A DNA stretch of 30,382 nt from positions 62,001 to 92,382 of the forward strand of contig MEQL01000048.1 in the NCBI GenBank assembly GCA_001770205.1. The letters run 5' to 3'. Below are positions 1-8,136 of the stretch, piece by piece. A program made the position numbers and the translations under genes. Under the pieces are notes generated by a model. That model was not told the origin of the DNA, did not search any database, and worked only from the letters and a program-made list of their open reading frames with translations. The DNA comes from Bdellovibrionales bacterium RIFOXYD12_FULL_39_22. Lineage in GTDB: Bacteria; Bdellovibrionota; Bacteriovoracia; Bacteriovoracales; Bacteriovoracaceae. Each line of letters begins with the position of its first letter. Within the stretch, counting starts at the first letter, position 1.

Positions 1-1
1 G

Positions 2-1489
2 TGGGGATTATTAAAACCACTTGGCCAAATGCTCTCGCCTACACCAGTGGATTTTTACGCCCCTCTCTATCATCTGACGAATGTCGTTTTACACATATTA
101 AATGTTATCTTGGTTTTTAAAATCGTGGGCCGCTTTGTAAAAAACCAATGGGCCGTCTGTCTGGCCGCACTACTTTTTGCCGTTCATCCAATTCAGGCCG
201 AAATAGTTGCCTGGATCTCTGAATTAAGAGGTCTGTTGGCCACCTTCTTTGCCTTTTTATCTCTGGAGCTTTATCTCCATTATCACAGCGAACAAAAGAA
301 TAAAAAAAGCGGAATTTACATTATGTCTATCATCTGTTTCGTTTTGGGAATGATGTCCAAACCATCAGTAGTCGTCATGCCAGCTATTTTTGCCTCCTAT
401 CACTATTTTTTTGAAGAAAATAATTTAAAGAAAATTTTTAATAAAACATTTTTTTGGTTTGGATTGGCCGCTATTTTTATTATTCTAACTCGCATTGCAC
501 AACCTTTTAGTGCCACTCAACTAAACTCACCCCTTCTTTTTCGGCCACTACTTTGGATGGATGCCATCAATTTCTACTTATATAAAATTATCTGGCCATT
601 GGATCTTACAAGCTTTTATGCCAGAACTCCCGAACATGCCATCGCGGATAATTTTCTCTATATCGAATGGATCATTCCCGTTATATTGGGGAGCTTTCTT
701 TGGAGTATCAGGCAAAAACAAAAAATTATTGTCCTCTCTGCTGCAATTTTTATAGTCGGTTTTCTTCCCACCTCCGGCCTGGTCGGCTTTGATTTTCAAC
801 GCTGGTCTACCGTGGCAGACAGATATATCTATATTTCCATGCTGGGAATTTCTCTTATCGTTGCCTTTGGAATCGATTATTTTACAAAATGGCATCCTAA
901 GCAGGAGTTTGCTTTCTTAAAAAATGTTGGTTGGATCTTTATCTGCGCAATTATTTTTTTGGCCGCACTAAGAAGCTACTCTTTCCAAATTCCAACCTGG
1001 AAAGATTCCGTGGTTCTATGGGATCACTGTATTAAACTCACCCCTGGAGAGGCCCAGGCCTATAACAATCGAGGGGACGGCCTTAGTAAGCATGCTGGCA
1101 AACTGCCAAATCCTGAGGAACGAAAACATTTTTATGAGCGTGCTCTCACCGATTTCGACGAGGCCATTCGCTTAGATAAAGTCTATCTGCAGGCCTACGC
1201 AAACCGAGGCTCTGTTTTAAATAATTTGGCCAGATACGAAGAAGCGATTCGCGATTTTACCTCTGCCATCTCCTTAAATGGAATGTATGTTGATGCCTAT
1301 CAAAAACGTGCCATCGTTTACTATAACAAGGGAGATTATCCACAATCGGCCGAGGATATAAAAAATCTACAAAAAATCGGGGCACCTGTTAATATGAATC
1401 TTGTGAAGGCATTAGAGGCCAAAGGCATTAATGTCCAACTATCTAATGCGCCCCCTACAATCTCCCCACAAACCATTATCACTCAGTAA
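2..1489 (+). CDS. TMTC-like GT-C glycosyltransferase (multi-TM protein with C-terminal TPRs), 5'-truncated by the window edge
   Basis: The frame is open from base 2 (WGLLKPLGQM...), so ATG 29 is probably internal. TMTC-family motifs: YHLTNVVLH, LLFAVHPIQAE-V-WIS, MSKP, ADRYIY, WKDSVVLW. About three TPRs follow (AQAYNNRG, QAYANRG, DAYQKRA). Confidence 0.8.
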   Translation, partial: WGLLKPLGQMLSPTPVDFYAPLYHLTNVVLHILNVILVFKIVGRFVKNQWAVCLAALLFAVHPIQAEIVAWISELRGLLATFFAFLSLELYLHYHSEQKNKKSGIYIMSIICFVLGMMSKPSVVVMPAIFASYHYFFEENNLKKIFNKTFFWFGLAAIFIILTRIAQPFSATQLNSPLLFRPLLWMDAINFYLYKIIWPLDLTSFYARTPEHAIADNFLYIEWIIPVILGSFLWSIRQKQKIIVLSAAIFIVGFLPTSGLVGFDFQRWSTVADRYIYISMLGISLIVAFGIDYFTKWHPKQEFAFLKNVGWIFICAIIFLAALRSYSFQIPTWKDSVVLWDHCIKLTPGEAQAYNNRGDGLSKHAGKLPNPEERKHFYERALTDFDEAIRLDKVYLQAYANRGSVLNNLARYEEAIRDFTSAISLNGMYVDAYQKRAIVYYNKGDYPQSAEDIKNLQKIGAPVNMNLVKALEAKGINVQLSNAPPTISPQTIITQ

Positions 1490-1498
1490 TATTTAGCA

Positions 1499-3346
1499 AT
1501 GAACTTAATAGCAAAGTTAAAAAACTCCAACACCCTCTACTTTTTCTGCTCTGCCCTTTTTTTATTTGTGCTGTATCTCTTGACGGCACCTCACAATGTG
1601 CAGGTTTTGGATACCGGCGAATTAGTGCTAAATTCATATCGCTCCCGAGTAATCCATCCTCCCGGCTACCCGCTATATAATCGACTCTTTTTTCTGGCCA
1701 CGCACCTAATCCCTTTTGGCACAATTTTTTTTCGGGCGGCCATCTTCAACTCTATCTTGGCCAGCGGAGTGTTGCTCTTTTTTTTCCAGCTTGCCAAGCG
1801 AGAAAGTTATCTCTTGGCCACTATACTTTCTCTACCTTTTATCTCTTCTTTCCTTGTTTGGAAGTATTCCATTTTGCCAGATGTCTTTATGCTCCACTCT
1901 TTTTTTGTTGCCGGAATAAGTTATTTTTACCTAGCACCAAAAGAGTTAAGCAAAAACGAAATTCGCTGGCTTTTTGTCCTTTTTGCCCTATCTTCCACCA
2001 ATCATTTAACCACTATTTTTCTTTTTCCACTGCTCTTTCACGCTTGTTGGAAACGCATAAGCATAAAGGAATTTTTATACTACTCCGCACTATCAATTAT
2101 TGCGGTCATCTCTATTTATCTAACCATTCTACTAATGGATGTTGGCCACCTTACTTCGTGGGGAGATATTCGCTCTTTAGGTGATTTATTAAATCATTTT
2201 TTACGTAGCGACTATGGCACCTTTCAACTACATGCAGGGGCACGCGAGTCCTATTTCTTTCTCATAATCGGAGAATTTACCAAACGTTTTTTTAAAGATT
2301 ACTTAATTTTCCTGGCGCTTATTTTAACCACCATCACTCATCGTCCGGCCATCTTAAAAAGATGGTTATTCTATCTTGCCATAATTTTTTCATACATAAT
2401 TATATTTTTCTACTTTTCCAATATCTATCCGGCCAATGTGGGAGCTGAAGTACTTGAGAGATTTTATCTTCTTCCCTCCATTATGCTAGTTTTTTTGGCC
2501 CTATCCTCACTAGTACATCAAACCTTCAAATATAAAAAGCGATTAGCATTTTGGCTTATTGCTGCCTCAGTTATCGTTTCAATTAAAAATTTATATCTTT
2601 ACTATCCCGAACTTAATCTCTCTAAAAATACCATCATCGAAGATTGGGCCATCAATCGTTTAAATTCCGTTCCAACATCCTTACAAGCACCCACCAGCAA
2701 AAAAACTATTCTGCTTGAAGAGGCCGACACTGGATACGCTTCTCTTATGTATGTTCAGGGGGTTTTAGATATACGCCCAGATGTACTTTTGATGAATAAA
2801 TTCTTAATGTACTACTACTGGCACTCAACAAAATGGTTAAAACTCTTGCCTGATTTTAAATTTGAGGCCAAGCAAATTAACATCACTCGCTATATGGACA
2901 TGGGAACCGATTTGGTTGGGCGCAACCTTGATAAATATATTTTTAATACCGAAAAACCTTTTGCCGGTGAGGAGAAATTTAAGGCAATCTATCTGGCACT
3001 TGGCCGCCAACTAGAACCAGGAGTCGGATTAGTTTTTGACAACTCCTCTTTTTCACGCATAAAAAAAAGAACCCCGGCCCCCGAGCGCTCTAAATTTTTT
3101 AATCAGTACTCTTCCTACTATGCTAGATATGCCACCTTCTTTTCTGCATTGGGCAGTGCTTATATGCAGCAACAAGATTTAATCAATGCTTATAAATTTT
3201 TCGAAGTGGCCTCTCAAGAAGTTCCCTTTTCGGTTTTGGCCAAACGAAATCTATGCATGATCAAAGAAAAAATGAAACAAGCAGACACTCAACAGTGTCT
3301 TGACGAATTAACGCTCCTGCAATGGCAATCATTTCCTGACTACTGA
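1499..3346 (+). CDS. DUF2723 / TMEM260-like GT-C glycosyltransferase with C-terminal TPR-like helices
   Basis: N-terminal TM followed by LDTGEL...HPPGYPLY (DUF2723 signature), then SWGD, HFLRSDYGTFQL and ERFY motifs. Many TM segments. Starts 9 bp after the upstream stop, so the two genes are probably co-transcribed. Confidence 0.85.
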   Translation: MNLIAKLKNSNTLYFFCSALFLFVLYLLTAPHNVQVLDTGELVLNSYRSRVIHPPGYPLYNRLFFLATHLIPFGTIFFRAAIFNSILASGVLLFFFQLAKRESYLLATILSLPFISSFLVWKYSILPDVFMLHSFFVAGISYFYLAPKELSKNEIRWLFVLFALSSTNHLTTIFLFPLLFHACWKRISIKEFLYYSALSIIAVISIYLTILLMDVGHLTSWGDIRSLGDLLNHFLRSDYGTFQLHAGARESYFFLIIGEFTKRFFKDYLIFLALILTTITHRPAILKRWLFYLAIIFSYIIIFFYFSNIYPANVGAEVLERFYLLPSIMLVFLALSSLVHQTFKYKKRLAFWLIAASVIVSIKNLYLYYPELNLSKNTIIEDWAINRLNSVPTSLQAPTSKKTILLEEADTGYASLMYVQGVLDIRPDVLLMNKFLMYYYWHSTKWLKLLPDFKFEAKQINITRYMDMGTDLVGRNLDKYIFNTEKPFAGEEKFKAIYLALGRQLEPGVGLVFDNSSFSRIKKRTPAPERSKFFNQYSSYYARYATFFSALGSAYMQQQDLINAYKFFEVASQEVPFSVLAKRNLCMIKEKMKQADTQQCLDELTLLQWQSFPDY

Positions 3347-3424
3347 TCAAACAACTGTCTAAAAATTAAACGGCCTATTTTATGAATAAAAGCTCAACAT
3401 AATGATTTTCAAAAAGGCGGCAAA

Positions 3425-3440
3425 TGGCATCTTAATTGCT
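3425..3440 (+). promoter_or_regulatory. sigma-54 (-24/-12) promoter upstream of the S8 protease
   Basis: TGGCATCTTAATTGCT matches TGGCAY-N5-TTGCW with exact GG-N10-GC spacing. Intergenic and oriented toward the protease. Confidence 0.75.
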
Positions 3441-3535
3441 AACTTGATAGATATAGGGCAATGGCCTCACTACTGGTGTATGAAAAATAAACACCCAAAA
3501 AGAGGCCATAACATATCAACCACCACCAGAGGAAG

Positions 3536-4813
3536 ATGCCAATGCTAAAGAGATGGAGAAGTAGTTTGACACGTTTTGGTTCCACACAGGGCAAGCTCAG
3601 TAATTCTCGCGCAAAATTTCAAGTTGCCGCTTTTTTTATCTCACTCAATGTCCTGTCCATCTTTAATACGAATGCTATTGCTGAAAGTGTCGAATTTTTA
3701 AACAAAATAAACCAAACGGCCAATAACAACACACTATCTCCACTTGCCACCACAAATCCTTCCTTAAATAGTGACTTATATGGAAACGGCACACTCCTTT
3801 CTGAATTCACCAGTTGGGGAATATCTCCATACAACGATACTGCCTCCATTCACCTTCCACTGGCATGGAAAAATTTTCAGAAGATAAAAAGTGTAGTGGT
3901 AGCAGTTATAGATACTGGTATTGACCCACAACACCCATTTTTGAAAAATAACATTTATGTTAAAAGCGGAAACGTTGGCCCAGAAAACTTCGGGGTTGAT
4001 TTTTCTAAATTTAGAACTAACGATAAAAAACCCGAGGACTCTCATGGCCACGGTACCCACGTATCTGGCATTATTAGAAGCATTTTTCCAGAAGTACAAA
4101 TTCTGGCCTTGAAATATTATAGCACTCACCCTAAGGCCACTGGCCAAGATAATCTAGACTCTACGATAGAGGCGCTTCGCTATGCAGTAGATAGTAACGT
4201 TGATGTCATTAACTATTCTGGAGGCGGCGCAGAACCATCTATCGAGGAATTAAAAATCCTAACCGAAGCGCAGAGAAAAGGAATTATCGTAGTGGCCGCC
4301 GCTGGAAATGAAGAGTCCAATATCGACAATAAGAAAAATGCCTACTTCCCGGCCAGCTACCGCTTAACCAATATCATAACCGTAACGGCCAACGATCAAG
4401 ACCTCTCAATTATTCCCTCTTCCAATTATGGGGCAAATACCGTAGATATCTCCGCTCCCGGTTACAGAATCCGCTCCTCTTTTCCCAACGCTCGCGCGGT
4501 CTATCTGACGGGAACAAGTCAGGCCACGGCCTTTGTTTCAGGAGTAGTGGCCTTGCTGAAATCACAATTCCCTAACATTTCTGTGGCCCAAGTCAAAGAA
4601 GTGCTAATGGCCTCTGCTCATAAGGTAGACTCTATGAAGGCCAAGTGCTTGGCCGGAGGAACCTTGGATGCTGGTGCTGCTTTGGCATTGGCCAAAGCAA
4701 AATTTTCCGATAATGCAGAGGGCAGTAGAACCGTAGCAGAAGAAAACAAAAAGAAAATGCTAAACAGTCGCGGTAAACGGCCAGGAAAAATTATCTATCG
4801 TCGGTCCAAATAG
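3536..4813 (+). CDS. Secreted subtilisin-like serine protease (peptidase S8)
   Basis: Catalytic motifs VAVIDTG, HGHGTHVSG, AAAGN and GTSQA. Basic then hydrophobic N-terminus ending AIA-E. GAGGA precedes the start (ATG 3536 or 3542). Confidence 0.93.
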   Translation: MPMLKRWRSSLTRFGSTQGKLSNSRAKFQVAAFFISLNVLSIFNTNAIAESVEFLNKINQTANNNTLSPLATTNPSLNSDLYGNGTLLSEFTSWGISPYNDTASIHLPLAWKNFQKIKSVVVAVIDTGIDPQHPFLKNNIYVKSGNVGPENFGVDFSKFRTNDKKPEDSHGHGTHVSGIIRSIFPEVQILALKYYSTHPKATGQDNLDSTIEALRYAVDSNVDVINYSGGGAEPSIEELKILTEAQRKGIIVVAAAGNEESNIDNKKNAYFPASYRLTNIITVTANDQDLSIIPSSNYGANTVDISAPGYRIRSSFPNARAVYLTGTSQATAFVSGVVALLKSQFPNISVAQVKEVLMASAHKVDSMKAKCLAGGTLDAGAALALAKAKFSDNAEGSRTVAEENKKKMLNSRGKRPGKIIYRRSK

Positions 4814-4833
4814 GTAACTCTCAACTTTATCTT

Positions 4834-4861
4834 TTCACCCAAATAGAGGATAATCTATAAT
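4834..4861 (+). promoter_or_regulatory. Candidate sigma-70 promoter for lnt
   Basis: TTCACC-N16-TATAAT, with the -10 box ending 26 nt before the lnt ATG. Confidence 0.4.
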
Positions 4862-4887
4862 GCAGTTATACAGACGGAATCTGCATT

Positions 4888-6522
4888 ATGAAACAGAGCA
4901 AATATTTTTTTCTATTATCACTAATTGCTGGCCTTTTGTATGCCAGCGCATTTCCTATAATCTTCTCCCCCTCATTTCCCCCTGGAGCTTTAATTGGAAT
5001 TTTTATATTTTTAAAAAACTTATCAACATTCTCCACCTGTAAACATCCTCCCGATCATCACCCCTTGCGCCATGATCTAATGCATCTATTGGCCTTCTCG
5101 CTTGGCCACTGTATCTTTGGCTTTTATTGGCTGGCCCATACCATGGAAGTTTTTGGTTCCCTATCTCCCATTGTCAGTCATCTACTCGGATTACTTTTTT
5201 CCCTAATAATACTTCCACAGTACCTGGTTTTTATTCTTGCCATGCATCTAATTACCAAAGTGATCGATCGCCGTGAAAGTTCTTTTTTCCCTCTCCTTAT
5301 TGCTTTTTTTCTAACCATTCTAGAATACTATACCCCTCAACAATTTCCCGCTCACCTCGGACACCCTTGGCTGCACCTACATCCCTATCTTCCTTTTGCT
5401 CCGATTGGCGGAGCTCCTTTTTATTCCTTTATAAGTTTTTGGTTGGTTATTTCTCTCATTACCTATATTAATGAAAGAAAAATTGATCCTCTGCTTGCTA
5501 TAATTTTTCCAATTTTTTTAATAACCAGTTTGTTATTTCCTCTAACAATGCTTAATATAAAAAATATCCCTATTAAGGAAAACAATATCCGCTTCGTGCA
5601 GGCCAACATTGGAAATTTTCTAAAAATTCAATCGGAAAATGGAGAAAATGACTTGGCCGGACGTACCGTTGACTCAATCTACAGCGAGCTTAGCTTAACA
5701 AATCTAGCAGGGGAAAAACCAGATCTTATAATCTGGCCAGAAACAGCATTCCCCAAAATACAATCAACTAGATTACAAAAAGAGTCTCCGTACTATATTC
5801 CCAAAATATTTGATCACATAATCTATACCACCGGAGCGGAGATGTTTGTCGGCGGTTACGATCGGACTGATGAAAGTAATTCCAGTTCTTTTGAAACTCA
5901 ATATAACACTGCTTTCTTTTTTGGCCTTGATCACAACGGTACAACAATACTTAAAGACTACTACCACAAAAGAAAATTAATTCCCTTTGGCGAAACGCTC
6001 CCCTTTGGCCCATTTAATAAATACCTCAGCGATATTGTTACCAATATTTCCTACTTTGCCGCAGGAGAGCGCTATCCCAGCTTTTCTTTAAAAAATGAGG
6101 CGCATTTTATTTCTGCCATCTGCTATGAAATTCTCTTCTCCTCATATATTCGAGACTATCTTAACTCCCTTAAACAAGGCCAACATCCACACTTTATTAT
6201 AAATCTAACCAACGACTCCTGGTATGGCAAAACGAGTGAACCCTACCAACACCTATTTTTAAGTAAGTGGCGGGCCATGGAATTCCAAATGCCTCTTTTG
6301 CGCATGACCAATACTGGAGTAACGTCTATTACTTATCCGGATGGATCAGAAAGTGAGCGAATTGAAATTTATAAACGCGATATTTTAGATATAAAGTTAA
6401 AAAGTGCCACCAATGGCCCAACTCCATTTCAAAAATATGGATTGTTAAATTTGCTGGCCCTATTTGGAGTACTAATACTACTACGCTTTTTCTTGGGCCT
6501 TTTTAATAAATCCCTCTTTTAA
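4888..6522 (+). CDS. lnt: Apolipoprotein N-acyltransferase
   Basis: N-terminal TMs and a nitrilase-fold domain: VQANI, WPETA (Glu), KRKLIPFGE (Lys), ICYE (Cys), NLTNDSWYG, RAME, NTGVT. C-terminal TM. Confidence 0.95.
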   Translation: MKQSKYFFLLSLIAGLLYASAFPIIFSPSFPPGALIGIFIFLKNLSTFSTCKHPPDHHPLRHDLMHLLAFSLGHCIFGFYWLAHTMEVFGSLSPIVSHLLGLLFSLIILPQYLVFILAMHLITKVIDRRESSFFPLLIAFFLTILEYYTPQQFPAHLGHPWLHLHPYLPFAPIGGAPFYSFISFWLVISLITYINERKIDPLLAIIFPIFLITSLLFPLTMLNIKNIPIKENNIRFVQANIGNFLKIQSENGENDLAGRTVDSIYSELSLTNLAGEKPDLIIWPETAFPKIQSTRLQKESPYYIPKIFDHIIYTTGAEMFVGGYDRTDESNSSSFETQYNTAFFFGLDHNGTTILKDYYHKRKLIPFGETLPFGPFNKYLSDIVTNISYFAAGERYPSFSLKNEAHFISAICYEILFSSYIRDYLNSLKQGQHPHFIINLTNDSWYGKTSEPYQHLFLSKWRAMEFQMPLLRMTNTGVTSITYPDGSESERIEIYKRDILDIKLKSATNGPTPFQKYGLLNLLALFGVLILLRFFLGLFNKSLF

Positions 6523-6544
6523 TAAATCCCTCTTTTAATAAATC
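6501..6544. repeat. 16-bp tandem repeat TTTTAATAAATCCCTC, 2.75 copies
   Basis: Exact copies at 6501-6516 and 6517-6532, partial copy at 6533-6544. Lies in the convergent lnt/kdsD overlap. Confidence 0.9.
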
Positions 6545-7498
6545 GTGCAACTTGATGATGCCTAAAAATTTATGATTCTCATCAACGACAGGTAAGATGT
6601 TTATTGAACGTCCACGATTTTCCATCATCTCAAGAGCATCAATGGCCAACGCCTCGGGAGAAATCGTTATTGGATTTTTATTCATTAACTCTTCAACAGG
6701 GGATTTCAGGCCAAAATTATCTTTGGTAAAGGTTCTTCTAATATCACCTTCAACCATAATACCCAGGACAACATTTCCTTCATCAAGAATAACACATCCT
6801 CCAATGGGATATTTCGTCATGGCCAAAATAACATCTTGCAAAGTACTGCCTCGTTTTAGTTGCGGACATTGCGATGGAGCAACCATGAGATCAAAGACGC
6901 GAAGCCTAAGTGATTTTCCCAAAAGTCCCCCGGGGTGATTTTTAGCAAATCCCTCTACTGAAAGCTTAACAAAACTCTCGTAGGCCACCGCCAATGCATC
7001 TCCCATGGCCATTGCTAAAGTTGTGCTGGTAGTAGGGGCCTGATTATTAATACAGGCCTCACTTTTTACTGAGCAGTCAAAAACTAGGCCAGCAAGTTTT
7101 GCTATCGGTGAATCGCAATTTCCAACCATTGCTATCTTCATATTTTTTTCTATTGGCAGATATGGAATCATTTTTAAAATCTCTTCCGTCGTACCGGAGT
7201 TGCTTATAAATACGATAGCATCGGCCGTAGTGACTCGCCCTAAATCCCCATGAAGGGCATCTGTGGGATGTAAAAAAAAGGAAGGAAGGCCTAAAGAGGA
7301 AAAAGTAGAAGATATCTTGCTTGCCACTACCCCAGATTTTCCTACACCTGAAAAAATCAAATTCCCACCAAACTGTTTTAACATCTCTACTATTTTAGTA
7401 AACTGCCTAAGTTGAGGGGCCGATAATTTTTCCGAGGCGGCCAGTAGCGCCTGAGCTTCTTGATTTAATACCGCCTGTGCTATTTTTAAATAATCCAC
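6503..7498 (-). CDS. kdsD: Arabinose-5-phosphate isomerase, KdsD/KpsF/GutQ family (SIS domain + 2 CBS)
   Basis: GVGKSG, HPTDALHGDLG, SNSGTTEE, APTTSTT, HPGG-LG, then a CBS pair. Start reassigned to GTG 7498, which has GGGAG upstream, rather than the track's 7561. Confidence 0.92.
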   Translation of the reverse strand: MDYLKIAQAVLNQEAQALLAASEKLSAPQLRQFTKIVEMLKQFGGNLIFSGVGKSGVVASKISSTFSSLGLPSFFLHPTDALHGDLGRVTTADAIVFISNSGTTEEILKMIPYLPIEKNMKIAMVGNCDSPIAKLAGLVFDCSVKSEACINNQAPTTSTTLAMAMGDALAVAYESFVKLSVEGFAKNHPGGLLGKSLRLRVFDLMVAPSQCPQLKRGSTLQDVILAMTKYPIGGCVILDEGNVVLGIMVEGDIRRTFTKDNFGLKSPVEELMNKNPITISPEALAIDALEMMENRGRSINILPVVDENHKFLGIIKLHDLLKEGFIKRGIY

Positions 7499-7583
7499 TA
7501 AACACTCCCAAGATTTTGTAGAATTTTTCCTATAGATATATAAAAATGGTCTACAGGTCAATTTTTATAAGTTAAAATTAATT

Positions 7584-8114
7584 ATGGCAAAATCTACCTT
7601 TTTTGGTGTCCTGATATTCTTCGCTCTCGTAATGCAAACCTCCTGCTCTTCATATCAGCAATTTAAGTATATAACTGAAGAGTTTGAAATACCATCGCAA
7701 GTCTTTAATGTTCCCTATGTAAAAGGCTGGCAAGCAGCATTAGAGGTTATGAAGGCGTATGAGCTAGAATCTCCCGATCAAGAAGCGGGAATTATTAAAA
7801 CTAGATGGACCGATAACACTTTAGAATTAAACTTTGTAGACTCCTTTGGAGGAAGAGATGCGGTAAAATCCGCTCAATTTAAAATAATTGTTAATGTGGC
7901 CAAAGGATATAAGGGAACAGGAGAAGTATCCAAAATTACCATATTTAAAAAACAACTAGTCGAGCAAGACTTCTTACAAGGCCACAAAGAGATTCCCAGC
8001 GATGGAATTTTTGAACAAACACTACTCTATCGCATTCAACGAGTAATCACTATCGACCAAAAAATACAAGAAATTGAAAAACAAAAAAGTCTTGAAGCTG
8101 AAAGTTCTTTTTAA
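7584..8114 (+). CDS. Outer-membrane lipoprotein, possibly with a BamC-like helix-grip fold
   Basis: Signal peptide with lipobox-like QTS-C. W...DQEAGIIKTRW motif resembles BamC-like small lipoproteins. Confidence 0.6.
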   Translation: MAKSTFFGVLIFFALVMQTSCSSYQQFKYITEEFEIPSQVFNVPYVKGWQAALEVMKAYELESPDQEAGIIKTRWTDNTLELNFVDSFGGRDAVKSAQFKIIVNVAKGYKGTGEVSKITIFKKQLVEQDFLQGHKEIPSDGIFEQTLLYRIQRVITIDQKIQEIEKQKSLEAESSF

Positions 8115-8136
8115 AAGTAGAACTAGATTAAAAAGA

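Noticed and set aside
1720..1790. T8 homopolymers in the DUF2723 gene as phase-variation tracts
   Set aside because: They encode Phe runs in TM segments of an AT-rich genome, the frame is intact, and similar tracts are common across the window.
7499..7561. N-terminal extensions in the ORF track for kdsD (likewise hflX, rpsA, skp)
   Set aside because: Downstream starts fit family lengths better and, except for hflX, have SD motifs. The extensions look like longest-ORF artefacts.
8106..8136. Inverted repeat TCTTTTTAA...TTAAAAAGA between convergent genes
   Set aside because: Almost entirely A/T, so too weak to call a bidirectional terminator.
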